Shown here: in pieces, positions 1 to 11,322 of the stretch
Layout of the letters: every line of letters starts with the position of its first letter
How positions within the stretch are numbered: the stretch's first letter is position 1
Translations under genes and position numbers: made by a program
Origin: Craspedostauros australis
Lineage: Eukaryota
NCBI GenBank assembly: GCA_030167865.1
Contig: JALAGF010004522.1
Span: forward strand, 1 to 64,000
Direction of reading: 5' to 3'
DNA: 64,000 nt
The notes under the pieces: generated by a model
Seen by the model: only the letters and a program-made list of their open reading frames with translations
What the model was told of the DNA's origin: nothing
Database searches by the model: none

Positions 1-1630
1 CACTTGCGAGATGGAGCACGGTGTTGCCATCCTCGCCTTGCGCGTTGGGATATATGTTTGGTGTTCCGATGAGATACTTGACAATGTCGAAGTGGTTGTG
101 GCAATATGCATTGTAGAGTGGAGTGCCGTGTTCGTGATCCTCAGCATTGATATTAGCCTTACCGGATTCAACCAGCTGCTTCACAACATCCAGATGGCCA
201 TCGCGACTTGCGAGATGGAGTGCAGTGTTGCCATCCTCGTCTTGCGCGTTGGGATATATGTTTGGTGTTCCGATGAGATACTTGACAACATCGAAGTAGT
301 TGTGGCAATATGCCTTGTGGAGTGGAGTCTCGTGTCCGTAGTTCTCAGCATTGATATTGGCCTTACCGGATTCAACCAGATGTTTCACAACATCGAGATG
401 GCCATCGCCACTTGCGAGATGGAGCACGGTGTTGTCATCCTCGTCTTGCGCGTTGGGATATATGTTTGGTGTTCCGATGAGATACTTGACAATGTCGAAG
501 TGGTTGTGGCAATATGCCTTGTAGAGTGGAGTGTCATGTTCATGATTCTCAGCATTGATATTGACCTTACCGGATTCAACCAGATGTTTCACAACATCGA
601 GATGGCCATCGCCACTTGCGAGATGGAGCACGGTGTTGCCATCCTCGCCTTGCGCGTTGGGATATATGTTTGGTGTTCCGATGAGATACTTGACAACATC
701 GAAGTGGTTGTGGCAATATGCCTTGTGGAGTGGAGTCTCGTGTTCGTAGTTCTCAGCATTGATATTGACCTTACCGGATTCAACCAGATGTTTCACAACA
801 TCGAGATGGCCATCGCCACTTGCGAGATGGAGCACGGTGTTGCCATCCTCGCCTTGCGCGTTGGGATATATGTTTGGTGTTCCGATGAGATACTTGACAA
901 CATCGAAGTGGTTGTGGCAATATGCCTTGTGGAGTGGAGTCTCGTGTCCGTAGTTCTCAGCATTGATGTTGGCTTCGCCTTGTTCAACCAGCCACTTCAC
1001 AACATCCAGATGGCCATTGCCACTTGCGAGATGGAGTGCAGTGTTGCCATCCTTGTCTCGGGCGTTGGGATGTATGTTTGGTGTTCCGATGAGATACTTG
1101 ACAACATCGAAGTGGTTGTGGCAATATGCCTTGTGGAGTGGAGTCTCGTGTTCGTAGTTCTCAGCATTGATATTGACCTTACCGGATTCAACCAGATGTT
1201 TCACAACATCGAGATGGCCATCGCCACTTGCGAGATGGAGCACGGTGTTGCCATCCTCGTCTTGCGCGTTGGGATATATGTTTGGTGTTCCGATGAGATA
1301 CTTGACAATGTCGAAGTGGTTGTGGCAATATGCCTTGTAGAGTGGAGTCTCGTGTTTGTAGTTCTCAGCATTGATATTGACCTTACCGGATTCAACCAGA
1401 TGTTTCACAACATCGAGATGGCCATCGCCACTTGCGAGATGGAGCACGGTGTTGTCATCCTTGTGTCGGAAGTTAGGATAGATGCTTGGTGTTCCGATGA
1501 GATACTTGACAACATCGAAGTGGTTGTGGCAATATGCATTGTAAAGTGGAGTCTCGTGTTCGTCGTTCTCAGCATTGATATTGGCCTTACCGGATTCAAC
1601 CAGCTGCTTCACAACATCCAGATACCCACC
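1..1630. repeat. Near-identical 204-bp tandem array (~8 copies), each unit encoding two ankyrin repeats (68 aa)
   Basis: The block 'ggtgttccgatgagatacttgacaa' recurs every 204 bp. The shadow 64-aa ORFs in the track (181, 385, 589, 793, 997, 1201, 1405) show the same spacing. Confidence 0.95.
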
Positions 1631-3049
1631 CACGGTTGCAAGATGGAGGGCAGTGTTGCCAGCCTTGTTCTCGCCGCTTACATTGATGATCGCTTTGCCT
1701 GAGTCCACCAAATGCTTCACCACATCCAGGTGGCCTCCGGCACTTGCGCAGTGAAGGGCAGTGTGGCCATCGTTGTTCTTGGCGTTGGCATCCACCTTCA
1801 GGTCGTCTGACTTCAACAAGAACTCCATCATACCCAAATGACCTCCAGCACTTGCCCAGTGAAAGGCAGAGTCACCATTCCGGTCTTTGGCATTGATGTC
1901 CACCTGACCTGACTCCACCAACCATCTCACAACATCCAGATGACCCTTGAAATATGCAGACCGAAGAGCCGTGCCACCAGCTTCATTCTCGATATGAATA
2001 TCTGCCTTGCATGACTTCACCAGGTACTCTGCAACATCCAAATGACCATTTCCGTATGCAACATGAAGTGCGGTATCGCCGTCATCGTTCTGGACGTTGA
2101 TGGACACAGTGCGAGTCTCCATCACATACTTCAAAACATCAAGATGACCCTTCAGACACACATCGTGGATCGCAGTATTGCCGAAATCATCCTGCACATT
2201 GATTTCCACTCCGCATGATCCAACGAGGTACTCTGCAACATCCAAATGGTCATTTCTGCATGCAACATGAAGTGCGGTATCGCCGTCATTGTTCTGAACG
2301 TTGATGGACACAGTGCGAGTCTCTGTGATGTACTTCAAGATATCAAGATGACCCTTCAGACACACATCGTGGATCGCAGTATTGCCGAAATCATCTTGCA
2401 CATTGATTTCCACTCCGCATGATCCAACGAGGTACTCCACAACATCCAAGTGTCCATGAAGACACGCGGCATGGAGGGCATTCTCACCCTTCTCATCTTG
2501 CACGAGAGCGCTTGCAGAATCCAACTCGATCAGAGTCTTCACGATGGCCGTGTGCCCCTCGGTGCATGCGTCGTGGAGTGCCACCTTGCCGAAGTTGTCC
2601 TGGAGGTTGACATCTGCAGAATGCGATCCAACCAGGTATTCTACGACATCGAGGTTGCCCTGTGCGCATGCATAGTGTAGCGCAGTCTCTCCATCCATGG
2701 ATTGGGCATTGATGTCCGCTCCGCATGACTCCACCAACTGCTTGATCGCGTCAAGCAGGCCGTTGGAGCATGCGAGGTGAAGTGCAGTCTTGTCACGGTC
2801 GTCCTTGATCGTGTCGATGGAGGTTTGTGGAAATGCTGTCTTCCATGCGATGAGGGTGTCCACATCTCCTCGTTCTGCGGCGCGTAGGAGATCCTGGTTG
2901 GTGACGGTCGGGTTGGATGCATCACCAGGGGTCGACTTGAGCGGAATGAGAGAGGGTGAGGCCGTGGATAGTGATGTCCAGACGTGATGGTTGTGGTTTC
3001 GCAATGGTGAGGCGAACATCACAACGAGTTGGGGGAGGATGAAGACCAT
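1..3049 (-). CDS. Large ankyrin-repeat protein (about 1016 codons in window, ~28 repeats of 34 aa), 3' end beyond the left edge
   Basis: Manual minus-strand translation from ATG at 3049 (MVFILPQLVV...) gives ankyrin consensus repeats such as DKTALHLACSNGLLDAIKQLVESCGADIN, GETALHYACAQGNLDVVEYLV and GNTVLHLASGDGHLDVVKHLVESGKVNIN. The frame is the same at position 2. No stop codon lies in the window, so the ORF track omits it. Confidence 0.92.
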   Translation of the reverse strand, partial: MVFILPQLVVMFASPLRNHNHHVWTSLSTASPSLIPLKSTPGDASNPTVTNQDLLRAAERGDVDTLIAWKTAFPQTSIDTIKDDRDKTALHLACSNGLLDAIKQLVESCGADINAQSMDGETALHYACAQGNLDVVEYLVGSHSADVNLQDNFGKVALHDACTEGHTAIVKTLIELDSASALVQDEKGENALHAACLHGHLDVVEYLVGSCGVEINVQDDFGNTAIHDVCLKGHLDILKYITETRTVSINVQNNDGDTALHVACRNDHLDVAEYLVGSCGVEINVQDDFGNTAIHDVCLKGHLDVLKYVMETRTVSINVQNDDGDTALHVAYGNGHLDVAEYLVKSCKADIHIENEAGGTALRSAYFKGHLDVVRWLVESGQVDINAKDRNGDSAFHWASAGGHLGMMEFLLKSDDLKVDANAKNNDGHTALHCASAGGHLDVVKHLVDSGKAIINVSGENKAGNTALHLATVGGYLDVVKQLVESGKANINAENDEHETPLYNAYCHNHFDVVKYLIGTPSIYPNFRHKDDNTVLHLASGDGHLDVVKHLVESGKVNINAENYKHETPLYKAYCHNHFDIVKYLIGTPNIYPNAQDEDGNTVLHLASGDGHLDVVKHLVESGKVNINAENYEHETPLHKAYCHNHFDVVKYLIGTPNIHPNARDKDGNTALHLASGNGHLDVVKWLVEQGEANINAENYGHETPLHKAYCHNHFDVVKYLIGTPNIYPNAQGEDGNTVLHLASGDGHLDVVKHLVESGKVNINAENYEHETPLHKAYCHNHFDVVKYLIGTPNIYPNAQGEDGNTVLHLASGDGHLDVVKHLVESGKVNINAENHEHDTPLYKAYCHNHFDIVKYLIGTPNIYPNAQDEDDNTVLHLASGDGHLDVVKHLVESGKANINAENYGHETPLHKAYCHNYFDVVKYLIGTPNIYPNAQDEDGNTALHLASRDGHLDVVKQLVESGKANINAEDHEHGTPLYNAYCHNHFDIVKYLIGTPNIYPNAQGEDGNTVLHLAS
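2023..2450. repeat. Second, distinct 204-bp ankyrin-pair duplication (~2 copies)
   Basis: 'ggtactctgcaacatccaaatg...catgaagtgcggtatcgccgtcat...gatggacacagtgcgagtctc' occurs at 2023 and at 2227. Confidence 0.85.
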
Positions 3050-4198
3050 GATGGAGCTGGTATGTGTCGTAAAGGGATGACACTTGTTGCTGAAATCAGA
3101 TCAATGCGACGGGCTTTTTCGATGTGATTGAATGAGTGTTTGGCTGATCGTCGTCCCTTGATCACATCTCTGATTACTGTTTATGTAGCGATCATGTTCT
3201 GCTTCATGGTCGTCGGTGGTGGTGTCTCGTGCTCCGTTTCACGCAGCGTGCATGACATTGCGTTGATTTCTGGTTGATGATGTTCGTCATTTCGCATTGT
3301 CCCCACGATGCTGCTGTGATCGCCCCATCAACTTTGGCACCCACGTGAACGTAGTCTTCGACATCGGCTTGAGCGTGATGGTGGTAATTGACCGTGACCG
3401 TGGCAAGCCACAGAAGGAGAAAGTTGATCGGAGGCGCGGTCGTCGGAAATCATCATTGTGCCAACATCGCCGGAACGCGGAGACGATCGAGGATCCCGCG
3501 AGTGTGCCATGACGAGACGTCGGAGTGAACACAAGGCAGTGGCACGCTCTCCACCACCAACAACTTCGTGTTCTGTTGCCATCATTGTTGTTCTTTGCGT
3601 TGGCGCCAAGAACCAACACGAACATCAAAATTGTCGAAATTCCCCGTAGTCCCAAAAGTAACGTGCTCCTGTAACGCTCAGGAGTGATCGATCATGCGCT
3701 TGCCACGTTAACGGTAGGGGGGTATTTGTTGTTTCTGTACTCTATTCTGGTTTAGTCCCGTACAATCGGGAATTACTGATGTCACACATTTCGACACAAA
3801 ATCGCAGGAAGAACAAGTCGATCTGATCGAAAACGTCCGTTTGGTCAACCCCGTTTGACCAATACGATTCTTCCTGGTTTTCGGCAGAATCGCGCGCATT
3901 CTTCTCGTGTGAAATCTGTGCTCAACACGTTGCGGTTTGGTGTTGTGTGGTGGGAGTCAGGGTGATGAGAAACGCAGAAAGTGTCTGCGGCGATCGATTC
4001 ATCGCATCGACAGCTCCTGGCAGCTCCTGACAGCTCGTACAGAACAGCAGAAAGCAACAGCATTGGTGCCTTCGTGTGCAGTGGTTCCGTGGAATACGAT
4101 AGGGCGATACAATAAGAACCGAGAGCAGAGACGTACGAGCAGGAGTGGCAGTGGGAGTAGAAGTAGAAGGCAGCACATCGGGAATCTGCCTCTCAATC

Positions 4199-7100
4199 AT
4201 GACAATGCCACCGTTGACTTCCGGCCGGCCATCTCGCAAAAGGCGCCTTGGGTCATCGGGTGCGCTGAGCGTGATGATTCTCACATGCGCATCCACAGCT
4301 CCGTCCCTGCCTTCATCAAGGCCTGCATTGATGACAACAGCGGGGTGGCTTCTCTTTGCGAGACCCGATGGGGATAGTCCTCGAACTTCCTGCGGGCGCG
4401 GAAACGACTCGAAGCACCAACCTCGACAGCGTGAAGGCAGCCACAGCGTGCTGTTGTTTGCGGAAGCATCAAGCTTTCCTGGAACCATCCGGAAACCTCC
4501 ATCATCTGGAGGCAATGGTGGCAAAGACCCGAACGCCTGGTGGAATGGGTTAGCATCGCAATCAGACGATGATGAAGGCGATAACAGCGAGATTTCCTCC
4601 TCCGACTGGGATCTCTCCGATGATGGCCAGTCCAACGACAACATTCCCAATGCAAAAACCCGAGCTGCACCCGCAGCGCCATCACCAGCGGTAGACACGG
4701 CACCAGAGACGGCAGAAGCGACAACGAAGGCTTCAGCTGGCGTGGCCATTTCAGAAGAAACGCTGGCACAAACACCATCCGAGCTTGAACAATCACACGC
4801 GCAGGTGCGAACGAGTAGTCAACGAACAGAGGAGCCAACACCAACTCGTTCCACCACAATTTCCATCACTGCGCAAACACAGGCACAAACAGACCCACAA
4901 CCGGAACCGGAAGCATCAATTTCGACGACCCCCACTACAACGTCAGCGTCCGCATTGACGGAGCCACCAACGCAAAATGTTACCATGGCCGACGACTCGA
5001 ACAAGACCACAGCTGCATCTGCTGCTGCAACTGCAAAAGTTCACACCAGCAACATTCTCGCCCCCGAGCAGATGCAACCTGAAGCAGCAGCTGCACATAC
5101 TGTTGCTCATGAGGAGATCGCCCACGTTGGTAGAAAGACAACTTCAGCCGAGGATACTGATGGTGTCGCAATAGCTTCTCTCACGCCATCGCTGCAGCAG
5201 CGATCACAGGTTGTGGAAGAAAAGACGGGTGACAACAGAATGCAGCAGCAGAGTCATGGTGCGGCGACGAACAATCACCACCAACATGCTTTTGACGAGT
5301 TGCATCTGCAGCAGCAGCAGCAAAGTGCGACAGTGACGAGAGATGCCGCTACCCCAAGCAAAGCTTCATCCTTTGAGCAGGATCCATACCGCATCAAGGA
5401 ATACCAACAGCAGCAAATTCTTGAGCAACAGCGTCAGCGACAAGAGGCGCGTTCCATGCTATCCATGCACGAGAGACTGTCCAATCGACAACACCAGCTT
5501 CAGCATTCGGCATCCGATGTGGATGATGCGTCAGATACGGACGATGGGCTTTCATACACGCTGCCAAACCTGCCCATATACCTCAGTGACGCGGAACCCG
5601 ACTCTGACATTGAGGTCGCAGCATCCACAGGAGTTAATGCGCATGCCAACCCCAAGATGCATCCCGTTGATAAGCACAACCATGCCGAAGTTGAGATCAG
5701 CAATGCGAACACAACACGACCTGATACTCAAGACTATGCTCTTCCTGCCATGCCCACAACAAACGATGCAACGACGAAGCCGTCCACACTTGACAGGCCA
5801 ACACAGACATTGCAAACCTACAATTATCCAATGGTACAACCAATCTCACCAACAAGTGTGTTGGACGAGCAAGAGCACCCTCTCCACAAGCAACCGGTGC
5901 CACAGGCTCGACAGACGAAGCCACAACAAAGCCAACAACAAGCACTACAACAACAACACCAGCAGCAGCACTACAACCTACCACACCCAATGTGGCATCC
6001 ATCTTACTACTCGTACCATCATCAACCAAACGCGTACCTTCAGAATTACCCTCCGCCTCCTGAATTGGCGAACCATCATGTTCCGTACATCCCACCACCG
6101 TCGCAAGGCGCCGTTCAACAGCCGATACCAAACCAATACCCATACTACGCGCCAAACTACTACGGTCCATATCCTTTTGCATACGGCGCACCATCATTCG
6201 TCCCTCCGCCGCCGATCCCAGGCGCAGGGCAGCAATCTCCCACCCTGCCATCAAGAGCAGCAGCCTCCATTGCCGCTGGGACAGCAAGCCTCCCAACCAA
6301 AATCAAGCTGCAGTACCCATCATCACAAGTGTCGCGTACAACCTCGAAAGTACCGATGCGGCTTCCAGAAGCGGAAGTTTGGAAGGTACGCGTCGATGCT
6401 ATCGTTGGATGAGACTCCAAATTCATGATATGGTTCCATTGGAAGATGTTCTCGGTCTCTCGCTCACACACATACACATTTCCACTCTCTCTATCTATCT
6501 CTGGCGTTCTGATTTTGTTCTGATTTTCTTTCCACAGGCGCAAGAAGGAAGGACCAAGGCTGCAGATCTAGAGGAGAAACCCGTGAGTAGGTCGAGGTTG
6601 TCCTTCGTCTCCATTCAAAAGATCGCAATTTGGTTCCTCATCGTTGGCATCTTCTCCTACTCCGGCGTTTCGCCACGAAACCTCGGCTTTCTCCAGTACA
6701 ATCAGCAATTCTACGAGAACTTTCGAATCTGCGCACTCGCCATGCTTCCGCCAATTCTCATCACAGCCTTCATCTGTGACACGGCCGAAAATCGATGGGA
6801 CGATCTGGTGCACGGATTTTACAACTCCATCACGATCGGATATCCCCTCATCTTCATGTTGGAGATCCTGGTGACGACGGTCTTACGATTGATCATCTTG
6901 CGCGTTATGGAACCAAGCATATTCCAGAATGCGCAATCTCCGCCGTGGCCGTTGCTTCCGTGGTTGCTGCGGGAACATGGTTACAAAGCCAAGCGAATCA
7001 CGCTGTTCGTGGCCGATTTCGCCACATCCTGTGTGGCCTGTCCCATCATTGAGGAGTACTGCAAGCTACTTCTCTTTCAGTATTCGTATTCGATGCGACG

Positions 7101-8494
7101 GTAAGTTAACGGATGGTTGGGTTGTGGGTTAGGGGAATTGTTCGACCCGTTTGCTACAAAGCTGGGAGCTACTGCACAACTCTCTGACTTCGCATTCGTG
7201 CTGCTGGTTGCTGCTACTGTTACTGCGTCTGCTACTGTTCCTGGTCCGACCATCAATGTGATCTCATCATTCTATTTTCTGACTTCTCAATTCACCTCAT
7301 TCATTTCTCTAACAGCAACTTTGATGTCGTCACACGAGACAAAACGACGTCGTCGTCGTCATCTTCTTCGTCCAAGGGGCGCAAGAAGCTCGTCAAATCG
7401 AAAGGGTCGTCATCCGCAACGGCGACTGAAACACCAGTCATCAACGTCAATGCCTACATCACCAGCATGTTCGTTACTTCTGTGGGCATCAAAATGATGG
7501 ACGCCGTGCGGAGGATATGCATGTACACAAAGGCTGGCGATGCCAACAAGCGGTTCTTCGCCATCTGCCGTGGCTTCTTCCCCATCCAAGAACTCTGTGG
7601 TAAGTGATTGCGTGGGTGTGCCGTGTGCGTCGTGTGCTTGTGGCTGACGGGCAGACCTTTGGATGTCGAATGACGCATGCTCTCACTGTTGATAGTATGT
7701 GCTGCGAAAACGTTCCACTACACTATGCGTATACACTCACGTACTGATGCACTTGTGTACTCACGCGCTTACGCACCCATTCACTTCTTTCTGCGCGGAA
7801 TGGGATGAAACTGATCTCCATTGGGCACACCTCCTTCAGGTGTTGCGACTGTTTTGAGTTTGGCAAGACGAGATGTGCTGGGACAAGACGTATCTGTATG
7901 GAGGATGCTGTTGCCCGCCGCTATATTCCACGGTATGGCTATCTTCCGCGGTATGAAGGTATGTACTCCTACTGCTGTGTCTGCGCCGCAACTGCATCTG
8001 AAAGTGTGGCGGAATCTCAAGGTCACACCATTGCGATCTAACGATCCTTCTTGCGCCTGTCTCGCGCATTCCCATAAACTTTGGAGCATTCGCCTCTCCG
8101 ATTGTGTACCAATACTTGCTCAATCCTCTTTTGGGGTTATGTTCGTCCTAATTGTCTTCCGTCCTTCCGTCTTTCCTTGTTCGATTCATGCACTTCTCGT
8201 CCTCCTCCTCTTTCCGCACAGCCGATATTCAAATGGAATGCCTCCACGCCATGGTCCGAGATGCAGCTCTCCCCCAACATGCAGAGCGACAGCCTGCGAG
8301 ACTTTGCCGCCAAGGCATTCCCGAAGGTCATGTGGCTGATCATCCTGCTGCGGGTGATGGGATACTGCGTCAAGAATTACTTCATGATCAATCGAAAAGC
8401 CGTGAAGCGAACGACAACATACGCTGGCAAACATTCCGCCTTTTCCGCAGAGCTTGTGGCAGCCCAAGTCCTACGAGAGTCGACGAAGAAGTAA
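4199..8494 (+). CDS. 5-exon gene (~1141 aa): ~730-aa low-complexity T/Q/P/Y-rich N-terminus plus a multi-pass membrane domain resembling PrsW-family intramembrane proteases
   Basis: Predicted exons are 4199-6385, 6538-7100, 7316-7599, 7840-7958 and 8222-8494. All introns are GT-AG, phases are consistent and the total is 3426 nt. Hydrophobic helices carry ACPIIEEYCKLL (EExxK) and PAAIFHGMAIF (His motif). Confidence 0.75.
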
Positions 8495-8877
8495 AGTTCT
8501 GCATGCCTGTAGTCTTACCATGGTCGAAATTGCGTGAGTATGTATTGGCAGTCCATCGAAGAACAAGAAGACGATGATGACAATTCATAACACAAAACAT
8601 GAACACGATCTTCGTACTAATAGTATCGTCGATTAGATTATAATCTGGGTACTCCACTTCACGAGAACCGTATTCAAAGGGCTCAGCGTGCTTGCTCGGC
8701 ATTCATGTTTTGAAACGAAAATGCTCTGTTACTGTATGGTACCGAACACGTGCACTGTGCGTGCACTTTTTATTAGTAGTTTGATGTTGACTTGGATTCG
8801 GGCTCAACAGCCACCCCCAAACGTGGTGTACGACTTTGATTTATCATGCAGTCGGTACGAGCTACGCACCACCCACC

Positions 8878-10416
8878 TCACACTGCCATGTCCATCTTGA
8901 TCGTCTTGTACGGATGGTACCCCACTACCTTGAAATCGTCGTACGTGAAGCTGTCAATGTCCTTCTTCTCTTCGTTGATGATGATGCGTGGGAACGGGCG
9001 CGGCGTGCGGGTCAGCTGCTCGCGCAATGGTTCGACGTGGTTGAGGTAGACGTGCGCATCGCCGATGGTGTGTACGAAGTCACCGGGCTTGCGTCCCGTC
9101 ACGTGCGCGATCATGTGCGTGAGCAGGGCGTACGATGCGATGTTGAACGGCACGCCAAGTCCCATGTCCGCTGATCGTTGGTACATCTGGCACGACAGCT
9201 CGTTCTTGGCCGTGTCAACGTAGAACTGGCAGAACATGTGACATGGCGGCAGGGCCATGAGACCGAGATCGGCAGGGTTCCATGCCGACATGATGATGCG
9301 GCGGTCCTCGGGGTTGTGGATGATCTTGTGGATGCATTCCTTGAGCTGATCGACGCCCTGGCCTGTATAGTCTGCGTGCATGTCCTTGTACTCGGCACCA
9401 AAGTGACGCCATTGGAAGCCGTAAACTGGTCCCAAATCACCCTCCTCGCGGTGCGACAATCCGCGAGCATCCAAGAATTCCCGCGAACCGTTGCCATCCC
9501 AGATGTGGATTTTCTTGGCGGCAAGTTCGTTGGCGTTGGTGGACCCGCTGACGAACCACAGAAGCTCCTCCGCCACGCCTCTCCAGAAGGTCTTCTTGGT
9601 TGTGAGGAGCGGGAGCTGGCCATCGCGCAGGCTGTACCGCATCTGCGTGCCGAACTGCGATAGCGTGCCGGTGCCTGTGCGGTCACCTCGTTGCACCCCG
9701 TTGTCCATGATGGAGCGGATCATGTCGAGGTACTGCTGCTCTTCCTGGTTGGGTCGCACGTAGGTGAGGAACGAGTACTTCAATCCTGACTTCTTGTCCA
9801 CATGCACTTCGGGCATGGAACTCGCTGCCGATGGTGATGATGCATTGAGATCTGCGCCTTCGTCCGACTTCTTTTCTTCGAAGAGCAAGTCGTTGGATTG
9901 GTCGTGAACGTCATATGAGAGCGTCCACTCCTTGTTGCAGAGCTCGGGGAAGAAGGTGTCGAACTTGAAGTCCTTCTCTGGCACGGAGTCCGTGTCCACC
10001 GAGGTGTACACCACCTTGTGGACGTACTTCTTGTCGAGTGCCTCCTGGTACACTCGGCCACCGCCGATGACGAAGATGGTGCCGAGATCGTCTCGTTCCG
10101 CCAGACGCTCCCAAGCGTCGGACAACGACTTGGCGACGACGACGTCCGACGGATATGACATCGATGGCGCGGATGATGTGAGCACGACGTTGGTTCTGCC
10201 AGCCAGCGGGCGGAACTTCTCAGGAATGCTCTCCCACGTCTTGCGCCCCATCACGACGGCATTCTGCTTCGAATCGTCAGTCGTCTGCAACGTCAATTTC
10301 TTGAAGTGTGCCATGTCGCCTGGCAGACGCCACGGCAGATCTCCTTCCCATCCAATCCCGCGCGTGGCGGCGGATGCTGCGACCACCGCGGTTGCTGCCA
10401 TGTCCTTGATGATCAT
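8878..10416 (-). CDS. DHFR-TS: Bifunctional dihydrofolate reductase-thymidylate synthase
   Basis: DHFR motifs [32 protein letters not shown] and [11 protein letters not shown] motifs [42 protein letters not shown] and GDAHVY. Confidence 0.98.
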   Translation of the reverse strand: MIIKDMAATAVVAASAATRGIGWEGDLPWRLPGDMAHFKKLTLQTTDDSKQNAVVMGRKTWESIPEKFRPLAGRTNVVLTSSAPSMSYPSDVVVAKSLSDAWERLAERDDLGTIFVIGGGRVYQEALDKKYVHKVVYTSVDTDSVPEKDFKFDTFFPELCNKEWTLSYDVHDQSNDLLFEEKKSDEGADLNASSPSAASSMPEVHVDKKSGLKYSFLTYVRPNQEEQQYLDMIRSIMDNGVQRGDRTGTGTLSQFGTQMRYSLRDGQLPLLTTKKTFWRGVAEELLWFVSGSTNANELAAKKIHIWDGNGSREFLDARGLSHREEGDLGPVYGFQWRHFGAEYKDMHADYTGQGVDQLKECIHKIIHNPEDRRIIMSAWNPADLGLMALPPCHMFCQFYVDTAKNELSCQMYQRSADMGLGVPFNIASYALLTHMIAHVTGRKPGDFVHTIGDAHVYLNHVEPLREQLTRTPRPFPRIIINEEKKDIDSFTYDDFKVVGYHPYKTIKMDMAV

Positions 10417-10797
10417 TCTTTCGATGTTGCGGAGAAGGGCTGAACGACGTATTTTGAACGAAGGGGTTGATGAAAATATGAAGGGTGATGCGTGTCTGTC
10501 TGCACCGAGAGTTTACAATGTGGTTGACTCTGTATCGGCGTTATGGCGTGCAATGGTTGCGTCGAGAAGTGAAATGGGCGATTGATGTGATTGTTGATGT
10601 GATTGTTGATGCGACTTGATGCGGCTTCGTGTTGTATTTCCCCTGTTGGCGAGTTGATCGTTGGTTGCTTTGTGTCGTAGTCTTTTGGCGATATGCTTTG
10701 TCGGAGAGATGTTTTTGTGGCCAAACCCGCCATTGCGCCGTGTTGATGGTGGCTGGTGGTTTTGCGCCTTGTTCGATGGAAGACGCCGGTTCGTTGA

Positions 10798-10853
10798 ACG
10801 CGAAAAGTTGGTGGTTGCGTTGGCAACTTCCTCGCTCGCGAAATGGCGCGAAA
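10798..10853 (-). promoter_or_regulatory. Cluster of E2F-like elements upstream of DHFR-TS
   Basis: Minus strand has TTTCGCGCCA (10853-10844), TTTCGCGAG (10843-10835) and TTTTCGCGT (10806-10798). TTTSSCGC is the E2F consensus, and DHFR and TS are classic E2F targets. Confidence 0.5.
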
Positions 10854-11322
10854 CAATGACATCATATGGGAATTATTTAGCTTCAAATGCACGTTCTTCT
10901 ATCCGTGACTCTCAATCCCGTTAGTTTTCGTTCGTGTTCGTGTCACGAGTTGACGGCTATCCACCACATGAACGGAGAGGTTTTGATCGATGCAGAGTAA
11001 GTACGGTAGAGTGTAGGGCCTGCTGGAATCGTTCTCTCTCTCTCTTCGGAGCGCCTTCAGGCCTCGTACTGGCACGATCTTGGTGTGATTAGTCAGCGCG
11101 GTGGAAGTGAAGAGGATAATTGCGCCGACCGTTGCACTGACAATGACGATGGAAGGAAGGAACGGAGAAATTGTTTTGGTGCCTGTATCGTCCTTTCGTA
11201 CACACTATTACTTTGTTGCCAATCTGTCTGCTTCTTCGATGGGACGGGATATCGCTGCTCTCTATCTCATAGTGGATGTAGCGAGCGCCGTAGCTACTTC
11301 CGCGCGCCTGATGCCATTGCAT

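Noticed and set aside
1..1630. Regularly spaced repeats as a possible CRISPR-like array
   Set aside because: The units are contiguous 204-bp coding repeats with no unique spacers, there are no cas genes, and the context is eukaryotic.
11..1702. 563-aa plus-strand hydrophobic repeat ORF and the series of 64-aa ORFs
   Set aside because: These are antisense or off-frame shadows of the minus-strand ankyrin gene, kept open by the tandem repeat.
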